Part shown: positions 62,420 to 64,000 of the stretch, one piece after another
Layout of the letters: each line of letters starts with the position of its first letter
Numbering within the stretch: the first letter of the stretch is position 1
NCBI GenBank assembly: GCA_028534125.1
Contig: CM052817.1
Location: 1,490,001-1,554,000 of the forward strand
DNA from: Lama glama
Taxonomy: Eukaryota
DNA length: 64,000 nt
Direction: 5' to 3'
Made by a program: the position numbers and the translations under genes
The notes under the pieces: generated by a model
What the model was told of the DNA's origin: nothing
Database searches by the model: none
What the model saw: only the letters and a program-made list of their open reading frames with translations

Positions 62420-64000
62420 AGATCTTGTCAAGCTAGCGGAGGAGAAGGAACTTGAGCTCAACTCCTCTCACAAATACAATAAAACCACAACTGACTGCTG
62501 GGCAACCATCACTAAAAAAGATGGAACCTATCAAAAAAAGCTCTTCTACAACTGGAGACATAAAGCGGGAACCAAAGCGGGTGGAAGGAGAGGTGCGCTC
62601 ACGATATGATCGGGTCCCACACCCCCTGGGTGGGCGACCGCAGCTGGGGAATAATGGCACTGTGGAGGTCCTCCCACGGCACCGAGAGCTCTCAGCTCCG
62701 TATCAGCTGCTCCAGCCCAGGGCTCCGGCAGGTCCCCCGAGCATCTGGCTTTGAAGGCCAGTGGGGCTTACTTGCAGGAGCTCCACAGGACTGGAGGAGA
62801 CAGACTTTGCTCTGAAAGAGCACACAGAGTCTCACATGGACCAGGATCAAGGGCCAAAGCAGTGATTCGTAAGAGCGTGGGCCAGACCTGGCTGCTGGTC
62901 TTGGAGGGTCTCCTGGGGAGGTGGGGGGCAGCTGATGCTCACCCTGGGGATGTAAAAGCTGGTGGCGGACGTATCAGGGAGTGTTCATTGGCTGACATCT
63001 TGCTTGGGTCATTAACACCAAGACCTGGCCCCACCCAACAGCCTGTGGGCTTAAGTGCTGGGAAGCCTCAGGCCAAACAACTAACCAGGTGGGAACACAG
63101 CCCCACCCGTCAGCAGACAGGCTGCCTAAAGACTTCCTGGGCCCACAGCCACCTCAAGGCACACCCCTGGACACAGCCCTGCCCACCAAAGGACCAGGAC
63201 CCAGCTCTGCCCACCAGTGGGAAGGCACTGGCCCCTGCTACCAAGAAGCCTGCACAAGCCTCTAGTCCAGCCTCATCCACCCAGGGGCAGACACCAGAAG
63301 TAAGAAAACTATGACCCCACAGCCTGCAAAACCGAATCTGCAAATGCAGGGCAGACCCCCCTACCCTGGCATCAGCCGGCTCCTGGCCCTCAGGTGACAA
63401 GAGGGCAAAGTGTACTGCTGGGACGCACAGGACATCCCCTACAGAGGGCCACTTCTCCAAGGTCAAGAAATGTATTTAACCCATCAGGTGATAAAAATAC
63501 AAATAGAAATTTAGACAAAGTGAGGTGGCAGAGGAGTATGTTCCAGATGAAAGAACAAGATGCCACCCCCGTAGAACTAAGAGACGTGGAAATGGGCAAA
63601 TCCACCCGAGAAGGAGTTCAGAGTAATGATCACGAGGACGGTCCACGAACTCAGGGGAAGAATGGATGCACAGAGCAAGAAGTTAGAAGTTTTTAACAAG
63701 GAGTTAGAAAATATAAAGAACCACCAAACAGACCTGAAGACTGTCATACCTGAAATGAAAAAACACACTAGAAGGAATCAATAGTAGAATAAATGAGGCA
63801 GAAGAACAGATGAGCGAGCCGAAGACAGAGCAGTGGAAGTCGCCGCCACAGAACAGAAAAAAGAAAAAGAATGAAAAGAAATGAGGACAGTTTAAGAGAA
63901 CTCTAGGACAATATCAAGTGCACTAATACTCACATTGTAGGGGTCCCAGAGGGAGGGGAGACAGAGGAAAGGGCCTGAGAAAATACTTGAAGAGATAATA
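62420..64000 (+). mobile_element. LINE-1 5' end (5' UTR plus disrupted ORF1) in a TNIP2 intron, running out of the window
   Basis: ORF1-like start VRWQRSMFQMKEQD at ~63520; later tagaaggaatcaatagtaga and gaggacagtttaagagaactc...attgtaggggtcccaga, with frameshifts and stops; ~1.1 kb GC-richer 5' UTR. Confidence 0.85.

Overview
Mammalian genomic DNA, probably camelid (inferred from Vic-1-like tRNA-derived SINEs). On the + strand are the last 14 coding exons of FAM193A (8147-49629). They splice through GT-AG introns into one open frame of 1070 aa ending ...KKATFAAH*, with a poly(A) signal ATTAAA at 50186; the window starts inside an intron. On the - strand, convergent with it, are the last 3 coding exons of TNIP2/ABIN-2 (61834-59542, UBAN motif and C-terminal zinc finger; AATAAA at 59082-59087). 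The rest is intronic or intergenic and rich in decayed L1, MIR, L2, MER33, MLT1 and SINE copies. The most notable unexplained signals are: (i) candidate in-frame microexons, poison exons and recursive-type AG|GT sites in AT-rich FAM193A intron islands; (ii) a 21-bp RNA hairpin with only G-U wobbles next to an intronic ATTAAA; (iii) a perfect 32-bp inverted repeat bracketing the FAM193A terminal exon; (iv) patchy extreme GC/CpG enrichment of exons and old L1 fossils, suggestive of GC-biased gene conversion. Gene and repeat-family names come from recognition, not from database searches.
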